Source: a virus
Direction: 5' to 3' (one strand)
Virus record (IMG/VR): IMGVR_UViG_3300045988_135019
Length of the DNA stretch: 64,000 nt
Within the stretch, counting starts at the first letter, position 1, and each line of letters begins with the position of its first letter. Under the pieces are notes generated by a model. It was not told where the DNA came from. It did not search any database and saw nothing but the letters and a program-made list of their open reading frames with translations. A program made the position numbers and the translations under genes. Positions 9,001 through 17,821 of this stretch are shown piece by piece.

Positions 9001-9958
9001 CTATTTGTGTTTCTTCTCTAATTTCTTTTAAATATTTTTTCCATTCAGATTGAGGAATATTTTTTCTTTCTTCTAACCATGCATTATTTAGTATTAATTT
9101 TAATTCTTTTAAAGGACTATCTGAAATTATAGGCATTTTTATTTCTTTGTTTATGTTTAAATTTTCTGCCTTATCGAATATCAAAGTATTATTTAATGCT
9201 TCTTGTATTTGATTATCATTTAAAATTCCTTGTTCTTTATATCTTTTTATTATAGTATCACTATCAGGATAATCTAATATAAAATTATCTTCTTCTGGAT
9301 AATTAATTCCTTTTGCTTTTAGAAACATATTTCTATATTTACTATCTTCTGGAAAAATATAATGACTATCATTTGCGTGTATAATAGGGATATTATATTT
9401 TTGACTATATTTTAATATCATTTTGTTATAATCTGCCTGAACCTTACAAGGATGAGCCTGAACCTCTAAATAGAAATTATCTTTAAAATAATTTTTCATT
9501 TTAATAATCCATTCATCTCTATTTTGTTCTTCCCTTAATCTTCCAGCCACACAAGCAGTTGTTACAACTATATTTTTAGGATTTACAGAAAATAAAAGTT
9601 CATCGTCTATTCTTGGTTTATAATAAAATCCAGAAATATTGCTTTCAGATAATAACCTATTTAAATCTTTATATCCATCTGTATTTAAAGCAATTAAAAC
9701 AATATGATAATTTGATTTATCTTTTTCTTTTCTATTTGGAACATAATATGCTTCCATTCCAGAGACAACTTTTAAACCATATTTTTCAGCTAATGTTAAA
9801 GCTTCATAGATATTCCCATTATAACCATGTTCTGTTGTAAAATATATTTTATGTCCTAACTCCTGAGCTCTTTTCATATAGTCTTCTGGTTTTACTACAA
9901 CATCTAAAGTAGTTATATTAGAATAATGAGAATGTTTATGATAATTTTCATATCTCAC
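6020..9958 (-). CDS. dnaE: DNA polymerase III alpha-type replicative polymerase (PHP domain), interrupted by an intein
   Basis: N-terminal PHP motif YHKHSHYS...TEHG. Conserved FN(K)SH..AY motif reads ARYSFN / intein / CSHSLAYAY. GTG start 9958 with GGAGAAATAAAG upstream. Confidence 0.9.
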   Translation of the reverse strand: MRYENYHKHSHYSNITTLDVVVKPEDYMKRAQELGHKIYFTTEHGYNGNIYEALTLAEKYGLKVVSGMEAYYVPNRKEKDKSNYHIVLIALNTDGYKDLNRLLSESNISGFYYKPRIDDELLFSVNPKNIVVTTACVAGRLREEQNRDEWIIKMKNYFKDNFYLEVQAHPCKVQADYNKMILKYSQKYNIPIIHANDSHYIFPEDSKYRNMFLKAKGINYPEEDNFILDYPDSDTIIKRYKEQGILNDNQIQEALNNTLIFDKAENLNINKEIKMPIISDSPLKELKLILNNAWLEERKNIPQSEWKKYLKEIREETQIVEDTNMAEYFLLNYYIIKNSVEKYNGVITKTGRGSAPSFYINKLLGFTNIDRISAPITLFPSRFMSKTRILESHSLPDIDFNCANTQPFYDASKELLGEDGCWWMLAYKPLQISSGFRLWCKANGLNINEYNDIAIDLAELSKVKKSYTESKYYENEKWKNLIDDSQHFVGVIESIAQHPCSTLLMDKKISEEVGLVKAGDVICANITSYESDNYKYLKNDLLTVSVWALINDTCKLAGIKTPSIAELTEKLDDKTWDIYANGLTATINQVDSDYATGLVKRYKPRSVAEMSAFVAILRPGCASLLQDFIDRKPYTTGIEKLDELLIDGSHRMIYQELIMKYLIWLGVPEDNSYGIIKKIAKKKFKEKELVELKNNLLEGWKKQVGTENHFEESWQIVEDAARYSFNCLAGDTKIQRLGQKRNVFYPTLEEMYLIKNDYEYAKRTNHLSLYKKYNSQGYGNALSMFDDNRIHKNKIVNIYFTGKQKIYRVKTSSGCYVDCTLNHSFPTPLGKKKLQELAIGDELYIKGLYEKHPDTYRFTDGNFEKNIPKKGEKGFQVKENGEYHKFKVIYMKNIQNKNSCVICNKTFDGSKFELHHKDHDRTNNDETNLMWLCNNCHKKIHYKNGRKKVMEKGIPTKIEKIVSIEYLREDRVYDIEMENPAHNFISESGLVVSNCSHSLAYAYDSLYGAYLKSHYPLEYYTVTLNSYEGDFARTNNLTQELNYFKIKLSSPKFRYSFGKYTCDKRTNTIYKSISSIKGLSKTVGDKLYLLKDKQYPTFLDLLIDCKENSIGIADITTLIKLDYFAEFGNIGKLLHFMDIYNELYGKKTLKKDKEYSVKKLYLKEYCSKETDKQYSGFDSYKCLSDLINKLPNEDISLKDKIQYQLQYFGYIDIKDSKENNLMWYVVDINDKGKSKWIDLYRINNGENKKVKIKNSIFDNKPFEIGRILNIPSFEREGKWTLDRETEKWERSTTQFDDFIVNYIVMGEDYGSS
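6977..7780 (-). mobile_element. intein (268 aa) with embedded HNH endonuclease in Pol III alpha
   Basis: Starts CLAGDTKI (Cys codon 7780..7778) and ends GLVVSN (Asn codon 6979..6977), followed by +1 Cys. Internal CVICNKTF..HHKDHDRTNN..NLMWLCNNCHKKIH. Confidence 0.85.
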
Positions 9959-10523
9959 CTTTATTTCTCCTTTCTATTTTATAATTTTTGCTATATCCAT
10001 ATTTTTGTAGAGACAATGCTGAACACTTCAAGTCATTGCTTTTTATATAGTTTTTAATGCCACTTTGTCCAATTAAATCTTTACTTTTACTTCCATCTGG
10101 ATATATGATATTGTAGACTTTATAATTCCTAAACTGGTTCATTCCACTTGTTTCATAAGACTTTATCACATTTTCTCTTTGAGTAATCCATTGTAAATTT
10201 TTAAAATAATTATTAAATCCATTTGTATCTTTATGGTCAACTACTAATCCTTTTTTATATCCTTCACAAAAATGTGTAGCAACCAAATGATGTATAGAAA
10301 ACTCATATTGTATATTATTTTTACTCAAAAAAATGTATTCATATCTTTCATGCTTATTTCTGTTTTTCATAATATACCAACCATTATTTTCTTTTCTATT
10401 ATTTTTATGGCTAAAAACTCTCCCATAATTACTAATCCAATAATCTGGAAACTCTTTTATTTGTTTAATTTCTTCATCATCTTTTAATAAAAATGGAAAA
10501 CCATTTGGAATTTGACCTCTCAT
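9948..10523 (-). CDS. HNH homing endonuclease (HNH_3-like)
   Basis: FPDYWISNYGRVFS...VVDHKDTNGFNNYFKNLQWITQRENV. Confidence 0.8.
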   Translation of the reverse strand: MRGQIPNGFPFLLKDDEEIKQIKEFPDYWISNYGRVFSHKNNRKENNGWYIMKNRNKHERYEYIFLSKNNIQYEFSIHHLVATHFCEGYKKGLVVDHKDTNGFNNYFKNLQWITQRENVIKSYETSGMNQFRNYKVYNIIYPDGSKSKDLIGQSGIKNYIKSNDLKCSALSLQKYGYSKNYKIERRNKGEI

Positions 10524-11020
10524 TATTTCTCCTTTTTATTTAATTTTTCTACGCTTTTAATTGCATCTTCCATTGTAAGTCCAGTTTTATAATTTGTTAA
10601 AATTAAATGTTCCATTTGTTCTTCTTTCATATCATTATCATCATCTATTATTATATAATTCTCTAAAGGACATTTTATTTCTTTTAAGTTATTTAAGAAT
10701 TGTTCTATTTCAAATCCTCTTGCTTTTTCAAATCCAAAATATGGAATATATCCTATTATTCTGTCTGCATAACTTCCTAAAATCAAATTTAATCTTTCTC
10801 TTTTGTCTTTAGATAATCTCCAAGTACTAGAAACACAGATAAGAGCATTTGTTTTATCTATAATATATTTTAGAAACTTCAAACACTTTGGGTCAAATGG
10901 AATTCCTCCTTGTTGTAAATAAGTATTAACATAAATTTCATGCCCTAATCTATCATGTTCTTTAACTATATATTCTTCGCTATTTAAAACTCCGTCCACA
11001 TCCAAAAATATCAATTTCAT
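10523..11020 (-). CDS. HAD-superfamily phosphatase
   Basis: N-terminal MKLIFLDVDGVLN (DxDG motif I), SSTWR, IIDDD. Confidence 0.65.
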   Translation of the reverse strand: MKLIFLDVDGVLNSEEYIVKEHDRLGHEIYVNTYLQQGGIPFDPKCLKFLKYIIDKTNALICVSSTWRLSKDKRERLNLILGSYADRIIGYIPYFGFEKARGFEIEQFLNNLKEIKCPLENYIIIDDDNDMKEEQMEHLILTNYKTGLTMEDAIKSVEKLNKKEK

Positions 11021-11022
11021 AT

Positions 11023-11289
11023 TTATTTTTCTCCTTCAAACAAATCTGCATCTCCCCAGCCAGCCGACACTATTCTAATATCTTCTACCTTATTATGAAC
11101 TAAATTTTCTCCAAAGGTTCTTTTATAATATCCCAACTTAGTTTTTATACTCCTATATCTGTTGATAACAAATTCAGTATCTTTTTGTTTAGGAATAGTA
11201 AGTTCTACAGCAACAGTTTGTGCATGTTCTCTTAAAGCTTCATTAAAAATCTCTTCTAATTCAGACATATTATTAATTTTTCTCAACAT
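11023..11289 (-). CDS. hypothetical protein
   Basis: Track ORF. Start set at ATG 11289 with GGAGG 9 nt upstream. Confidence 0.5.
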   Translation of the reverse strand: MLRKINNMSELEEIFNEALREHAQTVAVELTIPKQKDTEFVINRYRSIKTKLGYYKRTFGENLVHNKVEDIRIVSAGWGDADLFEGEK

Positions 11290-11815
11290 TTTTAAAATCC
11301 TCCAAATCAATTAAAATAATTGTATTAGTATCACAATAATAAATATCTCTTCCGTTTTTCTCATTCCATTTATTAATAAAATCTCTTAATTCTTTATCTG
11401 GTTCAATACCACAACCATCTTCCATATCTATATTAATGTCTTCTATTACATTTTCTATGTCGATTTCTAATCTTTCTTTAGTACTTCCAAAACAATATAT
11501 TGGATAAGGTGGCTCTGTTTCATTGACAATATGTTCTATATAATCCTCTAATTCCCAATAACATTCTCCTGGGTCTTCTATACCCCAAACAGGATAATCT
11601 GGATATTTTTTAATATATTCTTCATATGTCATTTTTGTAGCTCTATTATAAATATATTTTTCTTGACATTCATCACAACGCATTATATATTTAGGGGTAG
11701 GTTTTCCACACTCTTCACAATAATATTGTTTACAACATATTTCAGCTACATATTTATCTGTATATATTTTGCCACATTTATCACACATATAACCTTTTAA
11801 ATCAACAACTTTCAT
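11273..11815 (-). CDS. hypothetical zinc-ribbon protein
   Basis: CDKCGK...CCKQYYCEECGK...CDEC. RBS GGAGG. Confidence 0.6.
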   Translation of the reverse strand: MKVVDLKGYMCDKCGKIYTDKYVAEICCKQYYCEECGKPTPKYIMRCDECQEKYIYNRATKMTYEEYIKKYPDYPVWGIEDPGECYWELEDYIEHIVNETEPPYPIYCFGSTKERLEIDIENVIEDINIDMEDGCGIEPDKELRDFINKWNEKNGRDIYYCDTNTIILIDLEDFKNVEKN

Positions 11816-11830
11816 TTTATTTCCTCCATA

Positions 11831-12160
11831 TTAATCCCTACATTCTTCTAAGCTTTCTCTCAAATCTTCCTTAGAACAAGTATAGATTTCTATAAGTCCA
11901 AAATCTTCATTAAAAGAAAAATCAGTGACAATGCTTTCTAATATTTCTTCTTTTAAATAACTTCCTAATATTTTCCATACAGTCCCTTTATTAAAAAAAT
12001 CATACCAACTTATATCTATATAATCATCTTTTTTATATTCTTTCCCATAATGAATTCTAATAGCACGACCATCTTCAATTTCTTTTCCAGAAATAATAGA
12101 TTTGTAACTCTCTCTTATATTAATAGTATAAACAAATTGTTTAAATGTTATAAATTCCAT
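11831..12160 (-). CDS. hypothetical protein
   Basis: Track ORF with AAAGGAGA RBS, first gene after promoter 12185..12213. Confidence 0.6.
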   Translation of the reverse strand: MEFITFKQFVYTINIRESYKSIISGKEIEDGRAIRIHYGKEYKKDDYIDISWYDFFNKGTVWKILGSYLKEEILESIVTDFSFNEDFGLIEIYTCSKEDLRESLEECRD

Positions 12161-12184
12161 AATATATCTCCTTTCTATAAATAT

Positions 12185-12213
12185 ATTATAACATATATAA
12201 ATTAAAATGTCAA
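12185..12213 (-). promoter_or_regulatory. sigma-70-type promoter (TTGACA-17-TATAAT)
   Basis: Minus strand: TTGACA 12213..12208, TATAAT 12190..12185. Confidence 0.7.
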
Positions 12214-12220
12214 GTATTTT

Positions 12221-13288
12221 TTAAATAAAATTTGATAAATCATCTTCTATTTTTTTATCTTCTTGTTCTTCTTCAAACATTTTTTGCATTTCTAGGTAAT
12301 CTTGATAATATTGGCAAACATCACGAAAACCACATAAATTAGCACAATAAAATGAAGTATAAGGAGTTATCTCTTTAGGTTCCCACCAAGATTTATCTTT
12401 TTCAAATTGTTCTATCTCATTAATTTTAGCTTCTATAAATAATTGTGTTTCAATTTTTCTTTCTGGAGAAAAATCATAATAACAAATATAAGGAACTATT
12501 GTATATTTTTCTTTAATAGAAGAAGGCAAGTTGTCAAAAGAATTGTTTTCTGCAGCTTCATCTACCATCATTTCTATATCTAATTCGCTGTATTGCTTTA
12601 ATGCTTTAAGTTCTTTTGTTATATCAGCTTTTAATTTTTCTAAAATAAAACCTCTCTCTGCTATAGTAGTTCGTACATTTCCATTTTTTAACTTATAACT
12701 TATTTCTACATATTTAAGCATTTCCCAAGCTAAATCTTTTACTTCATATCCCATTTGTTCCATAGCCAAACCATATAAAATTAATTGTCTACCCTTTTCT
12801 TGTAATTCTAAATTACTATATTTGCTGCTTGTTTTATAATCTCTAATTGAAATTGTTCCATCTTCATTATATATAACTAAATCTATAATTCCCTGTAAAT
12901 AGCTTTCTCCTAATTGAAATAAAAACAATTTTTCTGTTTCCACTTTATTATAATTTGGTTTTTTATAAGTAGAAGCAAACTGAATTATATCTTTCTTCCA
13001 TTTATTTTCTATATTTTCATTTGGAAATATAATGTCTAACATTTTAGCTTCTTCTAACATATTATCTATTTCTTGAGAAAAGTTAATTTGTTTTCCATTT
13101 TGAATTTCTTCTAAGCATTTATGAATTCTTGTACCAGTGAAGCTATATATATTGTCTTTTTGAGCTAAGTGTTCCATATATGTTTGCCAATATTCCCAAC
13201 CACAGTTATCTACAGTATTTAACCTACTTATAGAATAAATAGGAATACCATTATCTCTTAATTCTTTAATTTTTTCTTTGACTTCCAT
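12221..13288 (-). CDS. PD-(D/E)XK exonuclease, Cas4/RecB-like with C-terminal Cys cluster
   Basis: IIDLVIYNEDGTISIRDYKTS (D...DxK) and C-terminal YCANLCGFRDVCQY, plus an N-terminal Cys. Confidence 0.7.
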   Translation of the reverse strand: MEVKEKIKELRDNGIPIYSISRLNTVDNCGWEYWQTYMEHLAQKDNIYSFTGTRIHKCLEEIQNGKQINFSQEIDNMLEEAKMLDIIFPNENIENKWKKDIIQFASTYKKPNYNKVETEKLFLFQLGESYLQGIIDLVIYNEDGTISIRDYKTSSKYSNLELQEKGRQLILYGLAMEQMGYEVKDLAWEMLKYVEISYKLKNGNVRTTIAERGFILEKLKADITKELKALKQYSELDIEMMVDEAAENNSFDNLPSSIKEKYTIVPYICYYDFSPERKIETQLFIEAKINEIEQFEKDKSWWEPKEITPYTSFYCANLCGFRDVCQYYQDYLEMQKMFEEEQEDKKIEDDLSNFI

Positions 13289-14263
13289 TTAGTTCTCCTT
13301 TAATAAATTTAAAAATATTTTCTCTAAAACCTTGACAACTATACTGTTTCCTGCTTGATTATATAAATGAATATCATTGTTCACTTTAGAAGCTTTTTCA
13401 AAATCGCTATCTGAAAATCCCATTAGTCTCCAACACATTCTAGGGCTTGGCTTATATAATTTATTATTATACCAATATTTTTTATTATAATTCTGAACAT
13501 TTCTACATGTTAAAGTACCAGTTGTATTTGTTGAAGTAGTTATGGTATCCATTTCTGAAAAATCATAAAGTTTCATTCTCTTTGTTCCAATACCTTGTCT
13601 TTCAGGCAAAGAATTGATATAATCAATAAATTCTTCTAATGTTGCATTTTTATTTTTTATTAACTTATATCTATTGTAAAAATTATAAGTTATATCATCT
13701 TGCTCTCTAAAGTCTAAGAAATCTTGTAAATTATTGGATTTTATTTTCTCTATAGGAAATTCAAAATTATTTTGACCTAACATAGAAACACAAATCACTC
13801 TTTGCCTTTCTTGTGGTATTCCATAATAACTTGCATTTGTTAATTGGATTTTGCTATTATATCCAAGTTCTTGTAATTGGTTAATATAATCGTTCACAAC
13901 ATCTATATGAGGTTTTGACAAAATATTCTTTACATTTTCCCAAACGACATATTTTGGTTTTATTTTTTTTATTATTCTAATTGTTTCATATATTAAACTT
14001 GAACGTGTTCCACTACCTTTAATTGCACCTGCTTGTTTGCCAGCACTTGATACATCTTGACAAGGACTTCCATGCATTATCAAATCAACTTTTATGTCCT
14101 TGTTCCATTTTGTTATATCTTGAGGTTCAAAATTTGTGTCATTTATTGCATTGTAACTCTTGACAGCATATTTGTCAATTTCAACATAGTCAACTACATC
14201 AACATTCATTCCTATATTTTTGAGAGCTTTAGTGCATGCTCCAATTCCTCCAAACAATTCCAA
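13289..14263 (-). CDS. C5-cytosine DNA methyltransferase. Track start is a TTG; the likely native start is ATG 14318, currently out of frame because of the (AG)11 repeat.
   Basis: Motif I ELFGGIGA, motif IV GSPCQDVSSAG, motif VI WENVKN, motif VIII QERQRV, motif X NQAGNSIVV. Confidence 0.85.
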   Translation of the reverse strand: MELFGGIGACTKALKNIGMNVDVVDYVEIDKYAVKSYNAINDTNFEPQDITKWNKDIKVDLIMHGSPCQDVSSAGKQAGAIKGSGTRSSLIYETIRIIKKIKPKYVVWENVKNILSKPHIDVVNDYINQLQELGYNSKIQLTNASYYGIPQERQRVICVSMLGQNNFEFPIEKIKSNNLQDFLDFREQDDITYNFYNRYKLIKNKNATLEEFIDYINSLPERQGIGTKRMKLYDFSEMDTITTSTNTTGTLTCRNVQNYNKKYWYNNKLYKPSPRMCWRLMGFSDSDFEKASKVNNDIHLYNQAGNSIVVKVLEKIFLNLLKEN

Positions 14264-14273
14264 TATAGATATG

Positions 14274-14295
14274 CTCTCTCTCTCTCTCTCTCTCT
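14274..14295 (-). repeat. perfect dinucleotide microsatellite (CT)11 on the plus strand, (AG)11 in the coding sense
   Basis: Counted directly: 22 nt from c14274 to t14295, between RBS-ATG 14318 and methylase motif I. Confidence 0.95.
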
Positions 14296-14331
14296 ACAGC
14301 CACAAAGGTTTTAGCCATTTTTCTATTCCTC

Positions 14332-14691
14332 CTACATTATTGTTTCTTTATATAATCTATCTAATTTAAGTTGTTCTATCAACTCTACTTGTTCTGGTGT
14401 CATTTCTTCAACCGTATTAAACCAATCCCACATTTCTTCTACCCAGTCTTCAAATTCATCTTCATTTGCAAATAAATCAAAATATTCATCAAATGCATCG
14501 CAGCCCCATACGCAAGTTCCTTCATAGTCAGTAAAAGGATAATGCTCATCGTTTATAATATCCATAAGAGCTTTAAATATTCTGTCTGGGTCACTCATAT
14601 CTCCTACATATTTTCCATTTATCCACACTCTTTCAGCATGATTATCATCATTCCATCTTATAACACTTAATTTATTTTTCATTTTCTTCAA
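14332..14691 (-). CDS. hypothetical acidic protein
   Basis: Track ORF in the packed array. Confidence 0.6.
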   Translation of the reverse strand: MKKMKNKLSVIRWNDDNHAERVWINGKYVGDMSDPDRIFKALMDIINDEHYPFTDYEGTCVWGCDAFDEYFDLFANEDEFEDWVEEMWDWFNTVEEMTPEQVELIEQLKLDRLYKETIM

Positions 14692-14896
14692 TCCTTTCTA
14701 TAAATCCTTTTTCTGTCATTTCATATATAATATCAAATCGTCTATTTCCACTTCCATTTAAAGGTATTATGTGCCCATTTTTAGATATTTTAAAATGTCC
14801 ATATTTTCTCCATTGTCCATTCATTTGATAAAATCCTTTTTCTAATAAGAAACTTTCTAATTCTATCTTATTAACATTATCTCTTATCTTAACCAT
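14672..14896 (-). CDS. hypothetical protein
   Basis: Track ORF; GGAGAG RBS. Confidence 0.55.
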   Translation of the reverse strand: MVKIRDNVNKIELESFLLEKGFYQMNGQWRKYGHFKISKNGHIIPLNGSGNRRFDIIYEMTEKGFIERIEENEK

Positions 14897-15533
14897 TCTT
14901 CTCTCCTTCTTCTAGCAGTTCTTGTAAAACTTCTATTTTATCATTCAACTTTTCTATTTTACATTGAGAATAATAATATTTTTTTTCTTCCTCTAATTCT
15001 TCTATCTTATCTTTTACTTCTTGAACTGGAATACAATTCCCTTGATATGTGTCTGCTAATTCTTTGTAGTATTTATATAATTCATATAAATTACCCTGTA
15101 ACAATTCTTCTAATGTTTTATTTTTTCTTTTTAATTCTTCATTCTCTTGATATACTTCTTTTAAATCTACAAATTTTCCATTCTCTATTTCTATTATATA
15201 TTTATTTGTATTTATTTCTATCAATCTCTCTTTTGGTATCAAATATGTGGTTTCCATTCCATATTTAGTTTCATGTCTTATTACTCTTAATTTATCATTT
15301 TCAATTCTTAATTTTTCTAACTGTTTTTTTAGATTTTGTTCTGTTTGATAACTTCCTTGTTCTAAATTATTCCATTCTTCCCAAGCTTCTGCATTTCCTT
15401 CTTTTAAAGCTCTGTTTTCACATTGTAATTTTTCTATTGAATTAATTAAAAAATCTACATCCAGGTCATCTAGCCAACTTTGTTTATATTTATTTTTTAT
15501 TTGTAAAAATTGTTCATTTTCTTCCTTGGTCAT
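14889..15533 (-). CDS. hypothetical coiled-coil protein
   Basis: E/K/L-rich heptad-like sequence; AAGGAGA RBS. Confidence 0.6.
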   Translation of the reverse strand: MTKEENEQFLQIKNKYKQSWLDDLDVDFLINSIEKLQCENRALKEGNAEAWEEWNNLEQGSYQTEQNLKKQLEKLRIENDKLRVIRHETKYGMETTYLIPKERLIEINTNKYIIEIENGKFVDLKEVYQENEELKRKNKTLEELLQGNLYELYKYYKELADTYQGNCIPVQEVKDKIEELEEEKKYYYSQCKIEKLNDKIEVLQELLEEGEKNG

Positions 15534-15639
15534 AAGCTAATTCTCCTTTGCTTTAATTTTAAATCATATCCATCTTTTATATATTTTCATTTTATCATAT
15601 GGATATTTTTCATTATATTGTTTTTCTAAACATTTATTG

Positions 15640-16281
15640 TTATTTTTTTAATTGTTTATTTTCTTTTTGTAGTTTTTCCATCAAATTTTGTAATCTATCA
15701 ATTAGGTTTATAAAAATTCTTAAATCTTCTTGAGCTACATCTATATATTTACAGCCTTCATTTCCATACAATCTTGTTTTCAAATATTCAATGGCTTCCT
15801 TTTCTTCCTCACTCATATTTTTGTCTTTTACTTCATGTTTAGATATATAATTTGATTTTATATCTTTATTCCACTTATTAATTTGTCTTTGTACTTGTTT
15901 TTTTAATTGTTCATTCTCTTTTCTTAATTCTTTAAGCTCTTCTCTAACGTCTTTGTATGTTTCTTGATATTCTTTTCGTTTTGTTTCCAATTCATATTTT
16001 AATTTAAAATTATTTTTCAGTAAATCGTTGTATTCACTTTGTATTCTGTCTGTTATTTCTCTTAACTCATTATTTTCCAGACATATTGTTTCATAGTCAC
16101 TATTGCGATATTTTTCATTCTCTTTTAATAGTTTTTCTATTAGATTTAATAATGTTCTCAAATCTTTAGCCATTTCTTTTTGAACCGAAGGAGTAGCTTC
16201 AAAATCTTTCTTATCGTCTATCTTAAATAAAATTTTTAGTGCTTTTATATTTTCAATTGCTTCTTTTTCTTCTTCACTCAT
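15640..16281 (-). CDS. hypothetical coiled-coil protein with an internal duplication
   Basis: MSEEEKEAIE occurs at residue 1 and again near residue 154, each followed by a similar LI(E/D)(K/R)L..L.EK segment. Confidence 0.6.
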   Translation of the reverse strand: MSEEEKEAIENIKALKILFKIDDKKDFEATPSVQKEMAKDLRTLLNLIEKLLKENEKYRNSDYETICLENNELREITDRIQSEYNDLLKNNFKLKYELETKRKEYQETYKDVREELKELRKENEQLKKQVQRQINKWNKDIKSNYISKHEVKDKNMSEEEKEAIEYLKTRLYGNEGCKYIDVAQEDLRIFINLIDRLQNLMEKLQKENKQLKK

Positions 16282-16284
16282 AAT

Positions 16285-17043
16285 TTATTCCTCACTTTCC
16301 AGCAATTCTTGTAATCTCTTTTTTATATCTAAAGATTTTGTGTTCATTGCTTTTAATCTTGTTATTTGATAATCATTTTTTCGATAACTTGCATAAATAT
16401 TTGTATTTTTTGATATTATTTCTTTAGTCTTTTTTATATCATAATCAATTCTGTCTATTATATCTTTTACTTTTTGCTTTGGAATATAATCATCTAATAA
16501 ATGCTTGTAACTTCCGTCTAAAAAACTATCCTTTGATATTACAATATACTTTTCTTCTTCAAGCGAATTTATTTGCAATGTTTGTATTGCAGATTTTATT
16601 ATTTTTAATTCTTCATTCTCTTTTAATACTCTTTTATATTCTGATAAAATATGCTGTTCACATCTGTTTCTTTCTAACATACATTCTTCTTTTTCGTATC
16701 TGCCACATATATTACATTGATTAGTAGAACATAATTTTAATCTTTCTATATCTTCTTTTATAGAACTTCGTTCATTCTTAATACTATTTTCTTCCATTAT
16801 TTCATCTTGTAGTTCTTTAATTTCTTCTTCAACTTCTGCTATTTCTTCTCTTATATCTAAATCATCTGCTCCTGCATCTAATCTAGCCTGCTGTGTTCGA
16901 TATAGTTCTTCTAATCTTTGTTCTAATTCTTCTATACTATTTTCTTTATCTATTTCCATTCTGTTTATTATGTCTTGTGCGTCTATGTTTTCTACTATTT
17001 CTTCAACTTTTTTTATATTTTTCTTAATTCTATTTATATTCAC
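16285..17043 (-). CDS. hypothetical coiled-coil protein with a central Cys cluster
   Basis: GTG start 17043 after AGGAGGTG. CSTNQCNICGRYEKEECMLERNRCEQH. Confidence 0.6.
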   Translation of the reverse strand: MNINRIKKNIKKVEEIVENIDAQDIINRMEIDKENSIEELEQRLEELYRTQQARLDAGADDLDIREEIAEVEEEIKELQDEIMEENSIKNERSSIKEDIERLKLCSTNQCNICGRYEKEECMLERNRCEQHILSEYKRVLKENEELKIIKSAIQTLQINSLEEEKYIVISKDSFLDGSYKHLLDDYIPKQKVKDIIDRIDYDIKKTKEIISKNTNIYASYRKNDYQITRLKAMNTKSLDIKKRLQELLESEE

Positions 17044-17821
17044 TTAAAACACCTCCTAATTTTTCTTCTTGCTCCTTCTCTAACTTTTTCAACCATTTAT
17101 TTCTAATTCTATTTTCAAATTCTTCTTGCCCCATTTTCATAAATTTATATTTCTTACCTTTTTTTTCTAACATTATTTCAGTTTCCTTTATTTTTTTCAT
17201 AAAGTAATCAAATTTGTCTGGATATTGCTGCAATAAAAATGCCCATTCTTTCATTCTTGCCATAGGACATGCCATACAACCTTGTCTATCAAAATATAAA
17301 TAATAATCTTTTAATAATTCTTGATGTTTAGCCCATTCTAAGACATCTTTTTCTTCAATGTTTTCTTCTGCTAATGGATAACAACAATCTTGTTTCTCCC
17401 AATTTCCTATTTCATACTTAAATCTATGTGTTTCATCAACGCAAAATCCTATATATGCAACTGGTCTACAATTTTGAGATTTTATCCATTCTTCAAGTTG
17501 TTTCTTACAATCTAATTTGTAAAGATTATTGCACCATCTAGCTCTTCCATTAGGAAATCCATATTTGTTAAACAATTCTTCCCAACTCTTTCTAGGTCTT
17601 ATTTTAATAAATGGAATGTTTATTTGTTTGCACATTCTCTCCATTTCATCTACAACTTTTCTTGACCATTCCCAATCAGTTTCAAGTTCAAAATGTATAA
17701 CCATATCTAGTGGATATTTCTCAGGATTTTTTAATATTATAAAAAGCATATATAGACTATCCTTTCCCCCCGATACACTAGCATAATGTATTGGTCTTAA
17801 TGCTATATTATTCTCTTTCAT
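17030..17821 (-). CDS. PP-loop ATP-pyrophosphatase, PAPS-reductase-like family
   Basis: ASVSGGKDS PP-loop and C-terminal RQGCMACPMA. Confidence 0.75.
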   Translation of the reverse strand: MKENNIALRPIHYASVSGGKDSLYMLFIILKNPEKYPLDMVIHFELETDWEWSRKVVDEMERMCKQINIPFIKIRPRKSWEELFNKYGFPNGRARWCNNLYKLDCKKQLEEWIKSQNCRPVAYIGFCVDETHRFKYEIGNWEKQDCCYPLAEENIEEKDVLEWAKHQELLKDYYLYFDRQGCMACPMARMKEWAFLLQQYPDKFDYFMKKIKETEIMLEKKGKKYKFMKMGQEEFENRIRNKWLKKLEKEQEEKLGGVLSEYK

